A stretch of 64,000 nucleotides of DNA from the NCBI GenBank assembly GCA_035652535.1, contig DASRDP010000084.1:2282-66281 (forward strand), read 5' to 3'. Shown here in pieces: positions 62,372 through 64,000 of this stretch. Numbering within the stretch: position 1 is the first letter of the stretch; each line of letters opens with the position of its first letter. Both the position numbers and the translations under genes were made by a program. Under the pieces are notes generated by a model, which worked only from the letters and a program-made list of their open reading frames with translations, had not been told where the DNA came from and did not search any database. The stretch comes from Chloroflexota bacterium (GTDB lineage: Bacteria; Chloroflexota; UBA6077; SHYK01).

Positions 62372-64000
62372 ATGCTTCTCGAAGTCTGCCCGCCGCGCCG
62401 ATGGTGGAGCGTGCTTCTTCTGATCATGGCGCTGTTCACCGCGTGCGCGGAGCCGGCGCCCGGCGCACCTACCGGGCAGTCGGGCAAGGTGCCGGGGACG
62501 ACTGCGGCCAAGCGCGCTACGACGATCACCGTTGCCGTGGCCGGCAACGTTCCCAATATGGGACTCGTCGGCCTGGCGAGCACGACCACCGGCGGCTGGT
62601 TCTCCATCGCAGAAGTCCATTCGAATGCGCTGATCACATCGGACGTGCACTCACGCCAGCCGGTTGGGCGCCTGATCGACCGCGTCCCCTCTCTCGACAA
62701 CGGGGACATCTCGCTCCTGCCGGACGGCCGGATGCGAGTCATCTATCACGTTCGCCCGGGTGTAACCTGGCACGATGGCCAGCCATTCACCGCTCAGGAC
62801 CTCGTGTTCTCCTATCGGTTCAACACCGATGCGGGGATCCCGACGATTCAATCGGACGTGACCCGAATGCTCGCCTCGGCGGAGGCCCCCGACGATGCAA
62901 CGTTCGTGCTGAATTTCAAAGGCCCCTACTACCGCGCCGACCAGCTCGGTTTGCGCATGTTCTGGCCGTATCCGCGCCACATCCTGGAGCCAGCTTACGA
63001 GCGGTATCTGGAGAGCACGAACCCAGACGACATCGTCAACCTCCCGTACTGGACGTCGGAGTACATCCATCTCGGACCGTTCAGGCTGACGTCGTTCGAC
63101 TCGGCAGGGCCGATCGAGTTCCAGGCGTACGATGGCTACTTTCTCGGTCGACCGAAGGTGGACACGATCCGCGTGCTGGTCTTTAGCGACTTGAATACGC
63201 TGTACGCCAATATCCAGTCGGGCACCGTCGATATCGTGCCGGAAACCGTGTTGCAGCCGGAGCTTGGCTTTCAGCTCATGGACCAGTGGGCGTCGACAGG
63301 AGGAGGCTCGGTCTTCGTGACCAAGAGCGCCCAGCGCTTCCTCTCGCCACAGGAGCGGCCGGAGGTTCAGAGCGAGCCGTCCATGTCCGACTTTCGTGTT
63401 CGCGCGGCCCTCTACGAGGGGCTGGACCGCGTCGCTTTGTCGGAGGGGCTACAGGCCGGACACGGCGAGCTGGCGGCGTGGGCGCTCCTGTGGGAGGGTG
63501 AGCCGCTGTACGACGCGACGAAGGACGCGTTTCGCCGCTACGCGTATGACCCCGAGCGCGCGCAGGCGACGCTTCGCGAGGCCGGCTGGGTCGCCGGTCC
63601 GGATGGAGCGTTGCGGAGCAGCGCGGACGGACGCCGCATGCGGACGTCCATCACCGCGACGCCCGGCCGCATCGAGCGCGAAGCCAACGCGTTCGCCGAT
63701 TACTGGCGGCGCCTCGGCATCGACGTCGAGCAGATCACGGTTCCGGCGGCGCAAATCCGCAACGCGGAGACACGGGCGCTCTACCCGGGTTGGGAGGCGA
63801 GCGCGCAGGGTGGGGGCGACGAGATCCTGGGACGACTCGAAGGGCCCGCCGCGAGCCCGCAGAACCGGTGGACCGGCAATCGCGGCGGATACGACGATCC
63901 GCGCGCCCAGGAGCTGATCGCCAGCTTCCGATCGAGCTTGCGCCGCGACGATCAGCTCCAGGCGATGAAGGCGATCAGTGACTTCGTGGCCGACACCCTC
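62372..64000 (+). CDS. Family-5 ABC substrate-binding lipoprotein, SBP5-6 (3' end outside the window; absent from the ORF track)
   Basis: ATG 62372 follows TGGAGGA. My own translation is open for 543 codons to the window end. Lipobox LFTAC. Family block PDGRMRVIYHVRPGVTWHDGQPFTAQDLVF ... GRPKVDTIRVLVFSD. An extended -10, TGCTATAAT, lies at 62344-62352. Confidence 0.85.
   Translation, partial: MLLEVCPPRRWWSVLLLIMALFTACAEPAPGAPTGQSGKVPGTTAAKRATTITVAVAGNVPNMGLVGLASTTTGGWFSIAEVHSNALITSDVHSRQPVGRLIDRVPSLDNGDISLLPDGRMRVIYHVRPGVTWHDGQPFTAQDLVFSYRFNTDAGIPTIQSDVTRMLASAEAPDDATFVLNFKGPYYRADQLGLRMFWPYPRHILEPAYERYLESTNPDDIVNLPYWTSEYIHLGPFRLTSFDSAGPIEFQAYDGYFLGRPKVDTIRVLVFSDLNTLYANIQSGTVDIVPETVLQPELGFQLMDQWASTGGGSVFVTKSAQRFLSPQERPEVQSEPSMSDFRVRAALYEGLDRVALSEGLQAGHGELAAWALLWEGEPLYDATKDAFRRYAYDPERAQATLREAGWVAGPDGALRSSADGRRMRTSITATPGRIEREANAFADYWRRLGIDVEQITVPAAQIRNAETRALYPGWEASAQGGGDEILGRLEGPAASPQNRWTGNRGGYDDPRAQELIASFRSSLRRDDQLQAMKAISDFVADTL

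Noticed and set aside
62329-63186. 285-aa ORF in the track at the right end of the window
   Set aside because: It is in the wrong frame (Arg/Pro/Gly-rich). The real gene is the SBP5 paralogue from ATG 62372, which the track omits because it has no stop inside the window.
1-64000. Prophage, integrative element, defence island or biosynthetic gene cluster
   Set aside because: I recognised no integrase, transposase, recombinase, phage structural gene, restriction/Cas/Abi-type gene, NRPS/PKS gene or RiPP maturase gene in any frame. Apart from VapBC, the window looks like core or accessory metabolism.

Overview
GC-rich (by eye about two-thirds G+C) bacterial chromosomal window, densely coding on both strands. 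It has strong GGAGG-type ribosome-binding sites and many start/stop overlaps. Because of the GC content, most long ORFs in the six-frame track are antisense shadows; I support about 50 real genes. I recognised no rRNA, tRNA, CRISPR array, transposase, integrase or phage gene.

Content from left to right:
(i) A tightly coupled five-gene signalling operon: HK, CheY-like RR, Cache/HAMP HK, REC-PAS-PAS-GAF-HD-GYP, and an unknown protein.
(ii) An MFS gene and an LCP (LytR-CpsA-Psr) gene.
(iii) A molybdenum/tungsten-cofactor block: MoeA-PBP fusion, MoeA, a 4Fe-4S protein and aldehyde:ferredoxin oxidoreductase.
(iv) A lower-GC VapBC islet.
(v) From about 17 kb to the window end, a long catabolic/uptake region dominated by paralogues. 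These are six family-5 solute-binding lipoproteins (the last runs off the window and is missing from the ORF track), three amidohydrolase_2 enzymes, two TAXI-like binding proteins without signal peptides, two phthalate-family Rieske oxygenases and two ornithine-cyclodeaminase/mu-crystallin proteins. The region also holds a D-aminoacylase, a PLP dehydratase, an XDH-family Mo subunit, a TPP enzyme, an atypical SDR, a MetE-like transferase, MgtE, MarR-EmrAB efflux genes and one ABC importer with no ATPase gene.

Most unusual items:
- A secreted protein whose mature N-terminus is a 117-residue domain that is about 47% tyrosine, fused to two FN3 domains.
- The recurrent pairing of orphan SBP lipoproteins with amidohydrolases, with no transporter genes nearby.
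- A 77-bp tandem duplication of the moeA 5' end.
- A 19-bp tandem duplication that frameshifts a small membrane-protein gene inside a VapBC islet flanked by copies of one hairpin.
- Three families of palindromic intergenic repeats.

Lipid-anchored SBPs plus an LCP gene suggest a monoderm, Terrabacteria-type soil lineage, but taxonomy cannot be fixed from this window. I see no single clear-cut new system; the findings are ranked leads.
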